Part shown: piece after piece, positions 9,254-19,957 of the stretch
Layout of the letters: every line of letters begins with the position of its first letter
How positions within the stretch are numbered: position 1 is the stretch's first letter
Assembly (NCBI GenBank): GCA_965208835.1
Contig: OZ242358.1
Location: forward strand, 4,000,001 to 4,064,000
Origin: Candidatus Latescibacterota bacterium
GTDB taxonomy: Bacteria > Latescibacterota > UBA2968 > GCA-2709665
Direction: 5' to 3'
DNA: 64,000 nt
Notes under the pieces: generated by a model
What the model was told of the DNA's origin: nothing
What the model saw: only the letters and a program-made list of their open reading frames with translations
The model's database searches: none
Position numbers and translations under genes: made by a program

Positions 9254-10279
9254 ATGCGATTGAGTTACGACAAGGTGGTCTTTCTCGCATGGCTGTGTGC
9301 CGCCGCATTCTCGGCGGATCTCCACGCGGCAACGATGCTGCCCGGCGAGCCGATCGCGGCCGAGTACTCCAGCGGTGAAAGTCACGCTGACACCGGGCAG
9401 GCATCTTCGCTCTGGGATCAGGCTGCGACGTGGGTCCTGGATAAGCAACGCGATTTTCTCGTACAGCTGACAACCGAATTGCGAACGCTGCGCGGCAAGG
9501 ATGACGTCGGCTGGGCTTTGGTGCTGATGAGCTTTCTCTACGGTGTCTTGCATGCCGCGGGGCCCGGGCACGGGAAGGTCGTGTTGACGACCTATCTGCT
9601 GACCCACCGAAGCCGGCTGAATCGCGGGGTCGCCATGGGCGCCGCAGCCGGACTCCTTCAGGGGGTGACGGCGCTGGTGCTGGTCTACGTCCCGATCGGT
9701 CTGGCAGGTTGGCTGCCGTTGGAGACGGAGACGGCATCATTGTGGGCTACGCGAGTCAGTTTCACGCTGCTTGCGATCGTCGGACTCTACCTGTTGGTAC
9801 GCGCGGCAGGCGCCCTGTCAGAAAGCATTCGCCAATTGCGCCGAGAAACCGGCGAAGTCCACCACGACCATGCCGATCATGTACACGGGGCGGATGGCGG
9901 CTGCCGGCATCTGCCCAGCGCTGCAGAGATTGACACTGCCGGCAGCCGGCATGCGGCGGCTGGCGTGGTTTTGGCCATTGGGCTGCGCCCTTGCAGCGGA
10001 GCAGTGTTGGTGCTCGTCCTCGCCGCCGTGATGGATTTACACTGGCATGGGGCGCTTTCCGTGTTTGCCATGTCCATAGGTACCGCGATCACCGTTGTTG
10101 TCCTGGCCGTTATTGCGACGCGTGCGCGAGACTGGGCGAGTGAGGTCGTCGCTCACAGGTCGCCGTTGTGGACGCTGGCGGCCGGTGGCGTGGGCGCGTT
10201 TGGCGGCGCCCTTCTGGTTGTTTTCGCGCTGTGGCTGCTTAACACGTCGTTTGCACTTAAACCAGCAATGGGTATGTAA
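9254..10279 (+). CDS. nickel/cobalt transporter (RcnA/NiCoT-like)
   Basis: YGVLHAAGPGHGK motif, His-rich loop HHDHADHVH, GLRPCSGA motif, multiple TM helices. Confidence 0.85.
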   Translation: MRLSYDKVVFLAWLCAAAFSADLHAATMLPGEPIAAEYSSGESHADTGQASSLWDQAATWVLDKQRDFLVQLTTELRTLRGKDDVGWALVLMSFLYGVLHAAGPGHGKVVLTTYLLTHRSRLNRGVAMGAAAGLLQGVTALVLVYVPIGLAGWLPLETETASLWATRVSFTLLAIVGLYLLVRAAGALSESIRQLRRETGEVHHDHADHVHGADGGCRHLPSAAEIDTAGSRHAAAGVVLAIGLRPCSGAVLVLVLAAVMDLHWHGALSVFAMSIGTAITVVVLAVIATRARDWASEVVAHRSPLWTLAAGGVGAFGGALLVVFALWLLNTSFALKPAMGM

Positions 10280-10331
10280 GCGGTGGGCCCTGGCCTCGTT
10301 GTCCGCGCGAATTGTTATTAGGACTATCCGA

Positions 10332-10439
10332 ATGAATCCACAATTCTCTCCCCTTCGGGCCGGTATCGGAGCGCGCCTCGCGCTTGCCGGCGTCGCCGCC
10401 GGTCTGTTGTGGTTCGCGGTCGCATGGGCCCTGCTATGA
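10332..10439 (+). CDS. small single-TM peptide coupled to the metal ABC operon
   Basis: 35-aa hydrophobic ORF; TGA overlaps the ATG of the ATPase (ATGA). Confidence 0.5.
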   Translation: MNPQFSPLRAGIGARLALAGVAAGLLWFAVAWALL

Positions 10440-11185
10440 GTGCGCCAACGGACGGTACGATCCTGCATTTTGATAACCTGACCCTCGGATACGACCGCCA
10501 CCCCGCAGTCCATCATCTCGATTACGCCATCCGCGCTGGCGCCCTGGTCGCCGTGGTGGGACCGAACGGCGCCGGAAAGTCGACTCTACTTAAAGGGACC
10601 GCGGGCAGCCTCGCGCCCCTTGAAGGCGAAATCAGGTTGACGGGGATCAAAGCCTCGGACATCGCGTACCTCCCTCAACAGTCCGATATCGATCGGAGCT
10701 TTCCGATCTCGGTCTTCGACATGGTGGCCATGGGATTGTGGCGAAAGACGGGGGCTTTCCGTCGATTCGGACGTGAGGGCAACCGGAAGGTCGGCGAAGT
10801 CCTGGATATCGTGGGTCTGGGTGGTTTCGAGAAACGCTCCATCGGCACCCTCTCCGGCGGGCAGATGCAACGTTCCCTGTTCGCCCGCCTGCTCCTCCAG
10901 GACGCGCGGCTGATTCTTCTCGACGAGCCGTTCACGGCGATCGATTCGGCGACAGTACGTGACCTAAAGGGACTCATTCGTCGCTGGCACGGGGAGGCGC
11001 GGACGGTCGTCGCCGTCTTGCACGACCTGGATCAGGTTCGGACGGATTTCCCCGAGACCCTGCTGCTGGCCCGCGAGCGGATCGCCGCCGGTCCAACGGA
11101 GGACGTCCTTTCTCAGGGGAATCTCGATCGAGCGCGCCGGCTTACAGAGGCCTTTAACGAAGAGGCGGCCGTATGTGGGAGATAA
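10436..11185 (+). CDS. zinc/manganese ABC transporter ATPase (ZnuC/AztA-like)
   Basis: GPNGAGKST, AYLPQQ, LSGGQMQR, LLDEPF. Confidence 0.9.
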   Translation: MSAPTDGTILHFDNLTLGYDRHPAVHHLDYAIRAGALVAVVGPNGAGKSTLLKGTAGSLAPLEGEIRLTGIKASDIAYLPQQSDIDRSFPISVFDMVAMGLWRKTGAFRRFGREGNRKVGEVLDIVGLGGFEKRSIGTLSGGQMQRSLFARLLLQDARLILLDEPFTAIDSATVRDLKGLIRRWHGEARTVVAVLHDLDQVRTDFPETLLLARERIAAGPTEDVLSQGNLDRARRLTEAFNEEAAVCGR

Positions 11186-11291
11186 ACGCCAGGGCCACCT
11201 ACTGTCCTGTCCCAAAAACACCTCACCATTCGGCCGAATTCAGGCAACTTATTTCCGGGACTGAACACTACCCTCCTGTAAGGGGCGCGTG

Positions 11292-12158
11292 ATGTACGAT
11301 GCCGTCATCGCCCCGTTCGTTGAATTCGGCTTCATGCGTCGGGCCCTGGTCGGGTGCCTCGCCCTTTCGCTGGGAGCGACGCCCATCGGGGTGTTTCTGA
11401 CCTTGCGGCGGATGAGTCTTGCCGGGGATGCCATGGCCCATGCAATCCTTCCCGGTGCGGCGCTCGGGTACCTCGTTGCAGGGCTGTCGCTCGGCGCCAT
11501 GACACTCGGCGGGGTCATTGCGGGAGTGGCTGTGGCTTTGCTCTCCGGAATGGCGGCCCGAACCACCGTGGCCCGTGAGGATTCCAGCCTGGCCGCCTTC
11601 TATCTGATTTCCCTCGCCGTCGGGGTCGTGATCGTCTCGACGCGCGGAAGCAATGTCGACCTGTTGCACATCCTGTTCGGCACGGTACTCGCCTTGAACG
11701 ATGCGGCCATATTCCTGGTCTCGGGAATCGCCACGGTCACCCTTTTCGGGCTTGCCATCATCTACAGACCATTGGTGATGGAGTGTTTCGACCCGGGCTT
11801 TCTCCGCTCGGTCAGTCCCTTGAGTCCGGTTGCCCACTACAGCTTTCTCGTCCTGACTGTCCTCAATCTGGTGGGCGGGTTTCATGCACTGGGGACCCTG
11901 ATGGCAGTGGGCATCATGATACTTCCCGCCGCTGCCGCCCGGTTCTGGACGCGCGACGTCACGCCCCTGGTGGTCATCAGTGTGATTGCGGCCTTCCTGG
12001 GCGGGTTCGTGGGCTTATTGTTGTCCTATTACGCCAGTCTGCCTTCCGGCCCCGCCATCATCCTGACGGCGGGCGCGTTCTATCTGTTTTCGCTGTCTTT
12101 CGGACCTGACGGCGTAATCATGACGCGCCTCAGGCCACGCCGTCATCTGGAAGCATGA
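11292..12158 (+). CDS. zinc/manganese ABC transporter permease (ZnuB/AztB-like)
   Basis: RRMSLAGDAMAHAILPG, LLHILFG, LPSGPAII. Confidence 0.9.
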   Translation: MYDAVIAPFVEFGFMRRALVGCLALSLGATPIGVFLTLRRMSLAGDAMAHAILPGAALGYLVAGLSLGAMTLGGVIAGVAVALLSGMAARTTVAREDSSLAAFYLISLAVGVVIVSTRGSNVDLLHILFGTVLALNDAAIFLVSGIATVTLFGLAIIYRPLVMECFDPGFLRSVSPLSPVAHYSFLVLTVLNLVGGFHALGTLMAVGIMILPAAAARFWTRDVTPLVVISVIAAFLGGFVGLLLSYYASLPSGPAIILTAGAFYLFSLSFGPDGVIMTRLRPRRHLEA

Positions 12159-12185
12159 TTTTAATACCGAGCTACGAGTAAGCTT

Positions 12186-13199
12186 ATGACATCGAAGCGA
12201 TCTATCCTGTTTTCCGTCTTCGCCGCTTGTTTGATCGCCGTGTCAGGTTCGGGGACCGTCGGCGCCGATGCCCCCATTGACGTTGTCGCATCGTTCAGCA
12301 TCCTGGGTGATATGGTCCGGCAGGTAGGCGGTGAACGGGTGCGCGTCACTACCCTCGTCGGCCCCGACAGTGACGCGCACGTCTATCGGCCGACTCCGGC
12401 CGACGCGCGGGCCATCGCCGGGGCCAGGCTGTTGGTCGTCAATGGATTGGGCTTTGAGGGCTGGATAGACCGTCTCACGGAGGCATCCGACTACAGGGGG
12501 CCAGTGGTGACGGCGACAGCAGGCGTCGAACCCCGCAGGGTGGCGGATCCCGATCGCGGCGAAATCGATCCCCATGCCTGGCAGAGTCTGGCCAATGCCC
12601 GGATCTACGTCCGCAATATCGCCGACGGATTGGCTGCGATCGACCTGGCGGGGGCCGAAATCTATCGCGGCAACGTGGCGCGTTACATGAAGGAGATCGA
12701 CGAGGTCGAGGCACAGGTTCGCGAGGCGATCGGTTCGCTGCCGGTCGATCGGCGCAAGGTGGTCACATCCCATGACGCTTTCGGCTATCTGTCTGCAGCC
12801 TACGGCATCGAGTTCCATGCACCGGTCGGGTTCAGCACCGAAGCGGAGGCCTCCGCGGGTGACGTGGCCAGGCTGATTCGTCAGATCAACAGCGAGAAGA
12901 TTCCGGCGGTCTTCGTCGAGAACATCTCCGACCGCCGCCTGCTCGACCAGATCGTCCGGGAAACCGGAGCGAAGATCGGCGGCACGCTCTACTCAGACGC
13001 TCTGTCGAAGGCGGACGGGCCGGCCGGCACGCACCTTGACATGATGCTGCACAACATCCTGACGTTGTTCGCCGCCCTGTGCGACTCATCGGGTTCAGAG
13101 ACCAGGGGTGTACGTCTTGTCCGTGGAGCTGACGCAAGCCCTCGAACGCCGTGCGCAACCAGCTGCCACGAGAGTTGCGCGGCGAGGAGAAGCCCATGA
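12186..13199 (+). CDS. metal ABC transporter substrate-binding protein (ZnuA/AztC-like)
   Basis: VVASFSILGD, DAHVY, DPHAW, TSHDAFGY, LYSDAL. Confidence 0.9.
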   Translation: MTSKRSILFSVFAACLIAVSGSGTVGADAPIDVVASFSILGDMVRQVGGERVRVTTLVGPDSDAHVYRPTPADARAIAGARLLVVNGLGFEGWIDRLTEASDYRGPVVTATAGVEPRRVADPDRGEIDPHAWQSLANARIYVRNIADGLAAIDLAGAEIYRGNVARYMKEIDEVEAQVREAIGSLPVDRRKVVTSHDAFGYLSAAYGIEFHAPVGFSTEAEASAGDVARLIRQINSEKIPAVFVENISDRRLLDQIVRETGAKIGGTLYSDALSKADGPAGTHLDMMLHNILTLFAALCDSSGSETRGVRLVRGADASPRTPCATSCHESCAARRSP

Positions 13200-13657
13200 A
13201 TAGCAAAGCGCTTTCCCGGATCCTGGAACGAGCCGAGGCGTTGTGCCATGAGCGCGGCGCGCGGCTGACCGAACAACGCAAGGCCGTGCTTCAACTGCTG
13301 TGCGTATCGGACAAACCACTCAGTGCTTACGAGCTGTTGGAACGCATGCGCGGCGTTGTCAGAAATCCCGCGCCGCCCACGGTCTACAGGGCATTGGATT
13401 TCCTGCTTGGGCAGGGCCTGGCGCACAGGCTCGAGAGCCTGAACGCATACGTGGGCTGCGCACATCCGGATCATCCGCACGCCAGCCAGTTCCTGATCTG
13501 TGATGACTGTGGCGACGTGGCCGAGGTTGAAGACCCCATTGTGGTCAGGAGCCTGAAAGCGGCAGGCAAGGAGATAGGATTTCGTACCAGGCGGCCGGTC
13601 GTCGAACTGCTGGGAACCTGTGCGCAGTGCATTTCGGATAGAGACGGTCTTGCTTGA
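13196..13657 (+). CDS. zur: Fur-family zinc uptake regulator
   Basis: RLTEQR, SAYELL, PPTVYRALDFL, FLICDDCG, GTCAQC. Confidence 0.8.
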   Translation: MNSKALSRILERAEALCHERGARLTEQRKAVLQLLCVSDKPLSAYELLERMRGVVRNPAPPTVYRALDFLLGQGLAHRLESLNAYVGCAHPDHPHASQFLICDDCGDVAEVEDPIVVRSLKAAGKEIGFRTRRPVVELLGTCAQCISDRDGLA

Positions 13658-13805
13658 GACGAATCCTCATCAAACCCACGGACGCCGTTGACGCCGGGCT
13701 ACGTAAATAGCGAAGCGCTACAGCATCGATCGCGACCGGCGAGGCGCACTGCTGGAGCCGAGCCCGCCCGACTACATCATCACCCTTTTTGAGTGAGGGA
13801 ACTGA

Positions 13806-15026
13806 ATGCCCCTGTCAGAGAGACTTCCCGTTACTGTCCTTTCCGGCTTTCTCGGCGCAGGCAAGACCTCGCTTCTCAACAACGTGCTCCACAACCGCAA
13901 GGGCATGCGCGTCGCGGTCATCGTCAATGATATGAGCGAGGTCAACATCGACGCGACGCTCGTTGAGCGCGGCGGTGCGGAACTCTCGCGGACCGAGGAG
14001 ACGCTGGTCGAGATGTCGAACGGCTGCATCTGCTGCACGTTGCGAGACGACCTGCTTGCCGAAGTCTCACGGCTCGCACAGGAGAGACGCTTCGACTACC
14101 TGCTCATCGAGTCCACCGGGATTTCGGAGCCCATTCCGGTCGCGCAGACCTTCACCTTCGAGGACGAAAAAGGTGTGAGCCTGAGCCAGGTTTCGCGCCT
14201 CGATACCATGGTCACGGTCGTGGACGCGGCGAGCTTTCTGCGGGATTACAACGCCGCCGAAGCGCTCCAGGACCGCGGTGAGTCGCTGGGCGAAGAAGAT
14301 CAACGGACGGTGACCGACCTGCTTATCGACCAGATCGAGTTCGCCGACGTCATCGTGCTGAACAAGCTCGATCTCGTAGGCAACAATCAGGCTCTCGAGG
14401 TCGAGGCCATCGTGAAAGCGCTCAACCCCGGCGCGAAGATCCTCAAGGCGACGCGCGGACGGGTCCCGCTCGAATGCGTGCTCGACACGGGCCTGTTCGA
14501 CTACGATAAGGCGGAAAGCTCCGCCGGCTGGATTCGAGAGCTTCGGGGTGAGCACACGCCGGAGACCGAGGAGTACGGGATCTCGAGTTTCACCTATCGG
14601 ACGCCACAGCCCTTCGACGCCGAGAAGCTCTGGGCGTTCCTGCACGACGCCGAGAACTGGACCGGCGTGCTCCGTTCGAAGGGTTTCTTCTGGGTCGCCG
14701 CCGACCATCGGGTCGCCTACGAGTGGGCTCAAGCCGGCGGGGTCAGCGACGTGAACCCCTCGGGGATGTGGTGGGCAGCCGTGCCCTGCGAACACTGGGA
14801 ACACCCCGAAGATCAGCGACCCGACAAGCAGCCGGGCTGGCATTCCCGCTTCGGCGATCGCGCGCAGGAGCTCGTTTTCATCGGCCAGGAGATGAACGAG
14901 GCGGCGATACGCGCTCGCCTCGACGCGTGCCTGCTCGACGAACGCCTCGCCTCCGCCGACAGCAATGCCTGGGCAGAGCTCCGGAACCCGTTTCCGGAGC
15001 TTATCCTGGAAGAGGCTTCAGCCTGA
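13806..15026 (+). CDS. COG0523 zinc metallochaperone GTPase (ZigA/YciC-like)
   Basis: [30 protein letters not shown]-terminal CobW_C domain. Confidence 0.9.
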   Translation: MPLSERLPVTVLSGFLGAGKTSLLNNVLHNRKGMRVAVIVNDMSEVNIDATLVERGGAELSRTEETLVEMSNGCICCTLRDDLLAEVSRLAQERRFDYLLIESTGISEPIPVAQTFTFEDEKGVSLSQVSRLDTMVTVVDAASFLRDYNAAEALQDRGESLGEEDQRTVTDLLIDQIEFADVIVLNKLDLVGNNQALEVEAIVKALNPGAKILKATRGRVPLECVLDTGLFDYDKAESSAGWIRELRGEHTPETEEYGISSFTYRTPQPFDAEKLWAFLHDAENWTGVLRSKGFFWVAADHRVAYEWAQAGGVSDVNPSGMWWAAVPCEHWEHPEDQRPDKQPGWHSRFGDRAQELVFIGQEMNEAAIRARLDACLLDERLASADSNAWAELRNPFPELILEEASA

Positions 15027-15195
15027 CCGAGTATGCCTCACCCGTTTTTGCGAAAGGGTCACTCTACATCGATACCGGAGACGGGTTCATGCCGCGGGAT
15101 TGATTTCCGAATCTCCTCCGAGCAAGCATACCGGGGCGTGTGCCGCTATCCGGTCCCATCTTCGGTCTCGCCGTGTCACAGGGAGAAGAGGGTAT

Positions 15196-15498
15196 ATGTT
15201 GATCAACACCTCACGCCCGAACCGCGCACGGGTTCGCCGTATCAAAAACGCATTGCGCGAAGCGTTGAGCCTACCTGATGACACGGCGATTTCGGTCACC
15301 GAACTGGCGTGCCTCGAAGAAGGCTGCCCGCCTGTTGAGACCATGTTTGCTCTGCTTCAGCGCGATGCCCCACCGAATCAACACAAGCTTCACAAAGCCA
15401 CGGACGCCGTTGACGCCGAAGACCTGTTGCAGGTCTGCACGTCGTGGGGATTCGACGTCCAACTTCCATTGCTCAAACGTCTGCTCCAGGGGGACTAG
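15196..15498 (+). CDS. hypothetical small protein in the metal cluster
   Basis: RBS-like GAGGG; SVTELAC.EEGCPPVET motif; abuts the next gene. Confidence 0.65.
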   Translation: MLINTSRPNRARVRRIKNALREALSLPDDTAISVTELACLEEGCPPVETMFALLQRDAPPNQHKLHKATDAVDAEDLLQVCTSWGFDVQLPLLKRLLQGD

Positions 15499-16938
15499 AT
15501 GAACAAGCCGAATTTGAAAATTCCACCTCGAAAAGTACCCGTTACGATCCTTACCGGCTTCCTCGGCTCCGGCAAGACAACCCTGCTCAACCGGATTTTG
15601 AGCGAGGAGCACGGCAAGCGCATTGCCGTAATCGAGAACGAGTACGGGGAGGTCGGCATCGATCAGGGGCTCGTCATCAACGCTGACGAGGAGATCTTCG
15701 AGATGTCGAACGGTTGCATCTGCTGCACGGTGCGCGGAGACCTGATTCGCGTACTCGGCAATCTCATGAAGCGCCGTGACAAGTTCGACTATGTGTTGGT
15801 GGAAACCACAGGGCTCGCAGACCCCGGTCCGGTCGCTCAGACCTTCTTCATGGACGAGGAGATTCACGGGGAGTTTTCGCTCGACGGGATCGTCACGCTC
15901 GTCGATGCGGCCCACGTCGAGCAGCAAATCGGCCGGAGCGACGAAAGCACGGAGCAAATCGCGTTCGCAGACGTCCTGGTTCTCAACAAGACGGACCTCG
16001 TGAACGGCGAGGCGCTCGACAGGCTCGAAGCCCGGCTGCGGGACATGAATCAAATGGCGCGAGTCGTGCGCAGCGAGCGGGCGAACGTGTCCCTCGATAC
16101 TGTACTCAACCTCGGCGCCTTCGACCTGGACCAGGCGCTCGAGCGTCGTCCCACCTTTCTCGAGCCGGAGTATCCGTTCGAATGGACTGGCGTCTATTCG
16201 CTCGATATCGGGCGCTACGAACTCAGCCTCGCCGATGGACCCGATCCGGCGATGTCCCTCGTCGTCGCGCCCGACCAGGGCACGAATGACGCCGCCCTCC
16301 GCGAGGGTGCGGAGTGGTGTGTACGGCGATTCGGCGAACCCGCGGAGCTCATTTGCCCGGGGGACGAGATTCCAGTCGGAAGGCACGTGAACCTCCGGCT
16401 CGACTCTCCAGGGCATAAGTCGTTCTTCTTGACAGTCAATACGCGGGCGAGGGTAGGCCTCTACGCTCAACACATCGCGGAGGAGTTCGATCTCAAACTG
16501 AAAAACGCGGATGGGGCGACAGTCAGCCTGGAGGACAGTCCACGCTCCGGGATCACCTCCAAAGAGAACGGCGCCCCGCGTGTTAAAGGAGCGGTGGTTC
16601 CAGTTGAGGTCGAGCGGACATGGGTCGCACAGCACGAGCACGACGACGAGGTCGGCTCGTTCGCGATCGAGAGGAGCGGCGACGTCGATCCTGAAAGTCT
16701 CAACGCCTGGCTAGGCAAACTGCTCCGTGAGCGCGGGGTGGACATCTTCCGAATGAAGGGCTTCATCAGCGTGGCAGGTGAGTCGCATCGCTTCGTCTTC
16801 CAGGGGGTTCACATGCTCTTTGACGGCCAGCGGGATCGCGAATGGGGGGACGCGCCCCGCCGCAATCAGCTCGTGTTCATCGGCCGCAACCTCGATGAGC
16901 AGAGCATTCGGAAGGAATTCGAAGCATGTCTAGTTTAA
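15499..16938 (+). CDS. CobW/COG0523 GTPase with internal insert
   Basis: [46 protein letters not shown]. Confidence 0.9.
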   Translation: MNKPNLKIPPRKVPVTILTGFLGSGKTTLLNRILSEEHGKRIAVIENEYGEVGIDQGLVINADEEIFEMSNGCICCTVRGDLIRVLGNLMKRRDKFDYVLVETTGLADPGPVAQTFFMDEEIHGEFSLDGIVTLVDAAHVEQQIGRSDESTEQIAFADVLVLNKTDLVNGEALDRLEARLRDMNQMARVVRSERANVSLDTVLNLGAFDLDQALERRPTFLEPEYPFEWTGVYSLDIGRYELSLADGPDPAMSLVVAPDQGTNDAALREGAEWCVRRFGEPAELICPGDEIPVGRHVNLRLDSPGHKSFFLTVNTRARVGLYAQHIAEEFDLKLKNADGATVSLEDSPRSGITSKENGAPRVKGAVVPVEVERTWVAQHEHDDEVGSFAIERSGDVDPESLNAWLGKLLRERGVDIFRMKGFISVAGESHRFVFQGVHMLFDGQRDREWGDAPRRNQLVFIGRNLDEQSIRKEFEACLV

Positions 16939-16960
16939 ATGGACGGCAGGAGGCGTCTGC

Positions 16961-18091
16961 ATGATCGGTACCGAGAGCAGCGAAGTCGTCTATGATGTCG
17001 TGGTCGTCGGCGCCGGTGCCGCAGGCGTGGGCGCCGCGGTGGCTCTCAGGCATGCCGGCATCGAGAACTTCATCGTATCCGAGCGTCACTCCGTTGGCGC
17101 ATCGTTCGACTCATGGCCGGCCGAGACTCGCTTCATCACGCCCTCGTACCCAACCAATTCGATCGGCATGCTCGACTTGAACTCGATCGCGATCGGGACT
17201 TCACCCGCGTTCAGTCTGGGGATCGAGCATCCAACGGGTGAAGACTACGCGGCCTATCTGCGTGCAGTTGCACACTTTTTTGAGGTACCTGTCCGCGAGA
17301 ATACGGACGTGCTGCAGGTAGCAAAGGTTGGCGACGGCTTTCGCATCGATACGGCCGACGAGACCCTGCAAGCCAGGCACGTGATTTGGGCGGCCGGCGA
17401 ATTCCAATACCCACGCGTAAGTGGGTTTGATGGTAGCCAGTTGTGTTGCCACACCGCGACCATCGCCAGCTATGAAGAGCTGGACGGTGACGACTTCATC
17501 GTTGTGGGCGGCTACGAAAGTGGTGTCGACGTGGCCTACCACCTGGCGTGTCGCGACAAACGGGTGCGGTTGTTCGACAAGGATTGCCCGTGGGAGGACG
17601 AGAGTTCCGATCCCAGCGTCGCGCTTTCCCCGTTTACGCTCGAACGGATGCGTGAAGACTGCTTTGTTGAGCAGGTGGAACTGTTTCCGCACACACCTGT
17701 CGAGTCGGTCACTCGCGTGGACGCCATGTTTGAAGTTAAGGCTCGGGACGGGCAACGGTTTCAAACCGGCGTGCCGCCTCTGTTGGCAGGCGGATTTGAG
17801 GGGAGTCACAAGTTGGTCGCCGATTTGTTTGAGCGACGCGACGATGGCTCCCTGCTGCTGAGCGAACACGATGAATCGACCATCGTACCGGGAGTATTTC
17901 TCTGCGGCCCCGCAGTTCGCCATGACAATTTCGTCTTCTGCTTCATCTTCAAGTATCGACAACGATTCGCCGTTGTCGCCAAAGCAATTGCAACCTCGCT
18001 AGGGCTGCCGGCCGAAGCGTTGGAAGAGTACCGCAACTGGGGCATGTATCTCGATGACCTCTCCTGCTGTGGGGAGGAGTGCGTATGTTGA
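16961..18091 (+). CDS. NAD(P)/FAD-dependent oxidoreductase
   Basis: VVVVGAGAAG, IWAAGEFQYP, FCFIFKYRQRF, Cys-rich end CCGEECVC. Confidence 0.85.
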   Translation: MIGTESSEVVYDVVVVGAGAAGVGAAVALRHAGIENFIVSERHSVGASFDSWPAETRFITPSYPTNSIGMLDLNSIAIGTSPAFSLGIEHPTGEDYAAYLRAVAHFFEVPVRENTDVLQVAKVGDGFRIDTADETLQARHVIWAAGEFQYPRVSGFDGSQLCCHTATIASYEELDGDDFIVVGGYESGVDVAYHLACRDKRVRLFDKDCPWEDESSDPSVALSPFTLERMREDCFVEQVELFPHTPVESVTRVDAMFEVKARDGQRFQTGVPPLLAGGFEGSHKLVADLFERRDDGSLLLSEHDESTIVPGVFLCGPAVRHDNFVFCFIFKYRQRFAVVAKAIATSLGLPAEALEEYRNWGMYLDDLSCCGEECVC

Positions 18092-18312
18092 CGGGAAACG
18101 ACGAAGGGACCGTCGCACCCGGCGTAGGGCGACGCCGGCGAAACAGGGTGCGGAGCATCGCATGGCTCGGACAAACGGCTGCCAGCGTTTGCTGGATTGG
18201 CAGCATGCTGACTTACGGAATCAGATCCAGTGGGGATTGGTTGCAGTTGTTTGCCGCATCCGCATGGCTGTTGGCCAACATCGCAGTGATTGCGAATTCG
18301 GAGGCTGATTGA
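18085..18312 (+). CDS. small two-TM membrane protein
   Basis: GGAGGAG RBS; two hydrophobic segments; coupled to both neighbours. Confidence 0.55.
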   Translation: MLTGNDEGTVAPGVGRRRRNRVRSIAWLGQTAASVCWIGSMLTYGIRSSGDWLQLFAASAWLLANIAVIANSEAD

Positions 18313-18313
18313 G

Positions 18314-19366
18314 ATGTCGGCAGCACTTCACGGAGTCGGCAGCCCGAGGGGCGCGCTTCGCCGGGGCTGGTCTGCGGAGGTTGACGATTACGCCATCGCC
18401 GGGGGCTGGAGCCTGCGCGGCGAGGCGCTGATGGTCGGCGACGCCGCGGGCGGCGTTTACGCATTCGACGGCAGGTCTGGGGCGACCGCCTGGGAGCGGC
18501 GCGGTGTTCATGAAGGCGGTTTACTCGCAATGGCGATCCACCCGGGCGAAACCGCGTTCGCTACGGCCGGCCAGGACAGCCGGGTCTTGATCTGGAGCGC
18601 CGCTGAGGGTCGGGTAAGCCGGACCATCGACGTTGGCGGCGGTTGGGCAGAAAACGTGGCGTGGTCGCCGGACGGCCGATGGCTGGCGGCCTCCTGCTCC
18701 CGGCAGGTTCACGTGTATGGTTTGGATGGCGCGGAGATTTGGCGATCTGATGATCATCCCAGCACCGTCAGCGCGCTCGCCTGGTCGAGCGCAGGCGAGC
18801 TGGCGACGGCCTGTTACGGTCGCGTGACGTTCTTCGACGCGCCCACCGGCCAGATTCGCCAGAAGCTGGAGTGGCAGGGATCCCTGGTGTCGATGGTACT
18901 GAGCCCGGACGGCGACATCGTGGTCTGCGGCAGCCAGGACAATTCGGTACACTTCTGGCGTCGTGCCACGGAGGAGGACTCCATGATGTCAGGATATCCC
19001 GCCAAGCCGTCGGCCCTGGCTTTCGATGACACCGGCACACTCCTGGCCACCGGCGGAGCGGAGGCGGTGACCGTCTGGAACTTCTCGGGAAGTGGCCCCG
19101 AAAACACGCGGCCCGGCGTCCTGGAGTTTCATATTCAACCCGTCACGACACTTTCCTTCGCTCGCCGCACGATGCGCCTGGTATCGGGGGGCCGCGATGG
19201 CGCCGTGGTTGTGTGGTCGATTCAGAGAGATGGGAAAGGCGATCCGATCGGGACCGCGTCCGTGGAGGATACAGTGGCCGAATTGTACTGGCGGCCGGAC
19301 GGTCGCGCCCTCGCCGCGCTCGACGCGCGGGGTGGCGTGACGGCCTGGCGAGTGAGCGACGCGTAA
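18314..19366 (+). CDS. WD40-repeat protein (commonly next to CobW GTPases)
   Basis: Repeated ATAGQD..V.IW, WSPDG, SGGRDGAVVVW units. Confidence 0.85.
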   Translation: MSAALHGVGSPRGALRRGWSAEVDDYAIAGGWSLRGEALMVGDAAGGVYAFDGRSGATAWERRGVHEGGLLAMAIHPGETAFATAGQDSRVLIWSAAEGRVSRTIDVGGGWAENVAWSPDGRWLAASCSRQVHVYGLDGAEIWRSDDHPSTVSALAWSSAGELATACYGRVTFFDAPTGQIRQKLEWQGSLVSMVLSPDGDIVVCGSQDNSVHFWRRATEEDSMMSGYPAKPSALAFDDTGTLLATGGAEAVTVWNFSGSGPENTRPGVLEFHIQPVTTLSFARRTMRLVSGGRDGAVVVWSIQRDGKGDPIGTASVEDTVAELYWRPDGRALAALDARGGVTAWRVSDA

Positions 19367-19845
19367 TGAATGCACAGACTGAACGCATCCGAGAAACGCT
19401 CGCCAGGGACGGAACATTGGCTCCGGCCCGAGACTGCGTTCTTGGGCAGGTCGTGTTCTGCGAAGGCTGTTGCTGCGGACGGACGGAAAACGGCTTCCCA
19501 CCGGTGCCCCGCGACTGGCTCAAGTATCGGTGGAAGGTTGAAAAACTCAGCAAGTCGGTGCAACTGACGTTCTCCGGTTGCCTTGGCCCGTGCGATCTTG
19601 CCAATGTCGTCTGTGTCATCTCGCCCCTGGGAATGCAGTGGTTTGGGGGCCTCCAGGAGCAGTGGCAATACAACTTGCTCCTGGATTGGGCCATTGCCTC
19701 GCGTGACGCGGGTGCCCTGGTCGAATTTCCTGCAGAACTGAACCGCCACCGGTTTGAACGGTTCGCTGTTTCCGACTCCCGTGAGAATCCCGATTGCAGA
19801 CGGTCACACACCCAGGACCGCAGCTTTCAGGATGCATCCCCGTAA
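19366..19845 (+). CDS. thioredoxin-like (2Fe-2S) ferredoxin-domain / Cys-rich protein
   Basis: CEGCCCGRT and SGCLGPCDLANV motifs; TAATG coupling. Confidence 0.7.
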   Translation: MNAQTERIRETLARDGTLAPARDCVLGQVVFCEGCCCGRTENGFPPVPRDWLKYRWKVEKLSKSVQLTFSGCLGPCDLANVVCVISPLGMQWFGGLQEQWQYNLLLDWAIASRDAGALVEFPAELNRHRFERFAVSDSRENPDCRRSHTQDRSFQDASP

Positions 19846-19957
19846 ACGACTCACCCACCAGCCGGGGCAAGGCCGGCGCGAGACGTTTTCGCGACACTCT
19901 GCCGTACGGTGTATCGATACGCGGCACATTCCTTTAATCCGTCCCGGGAATGGACGG

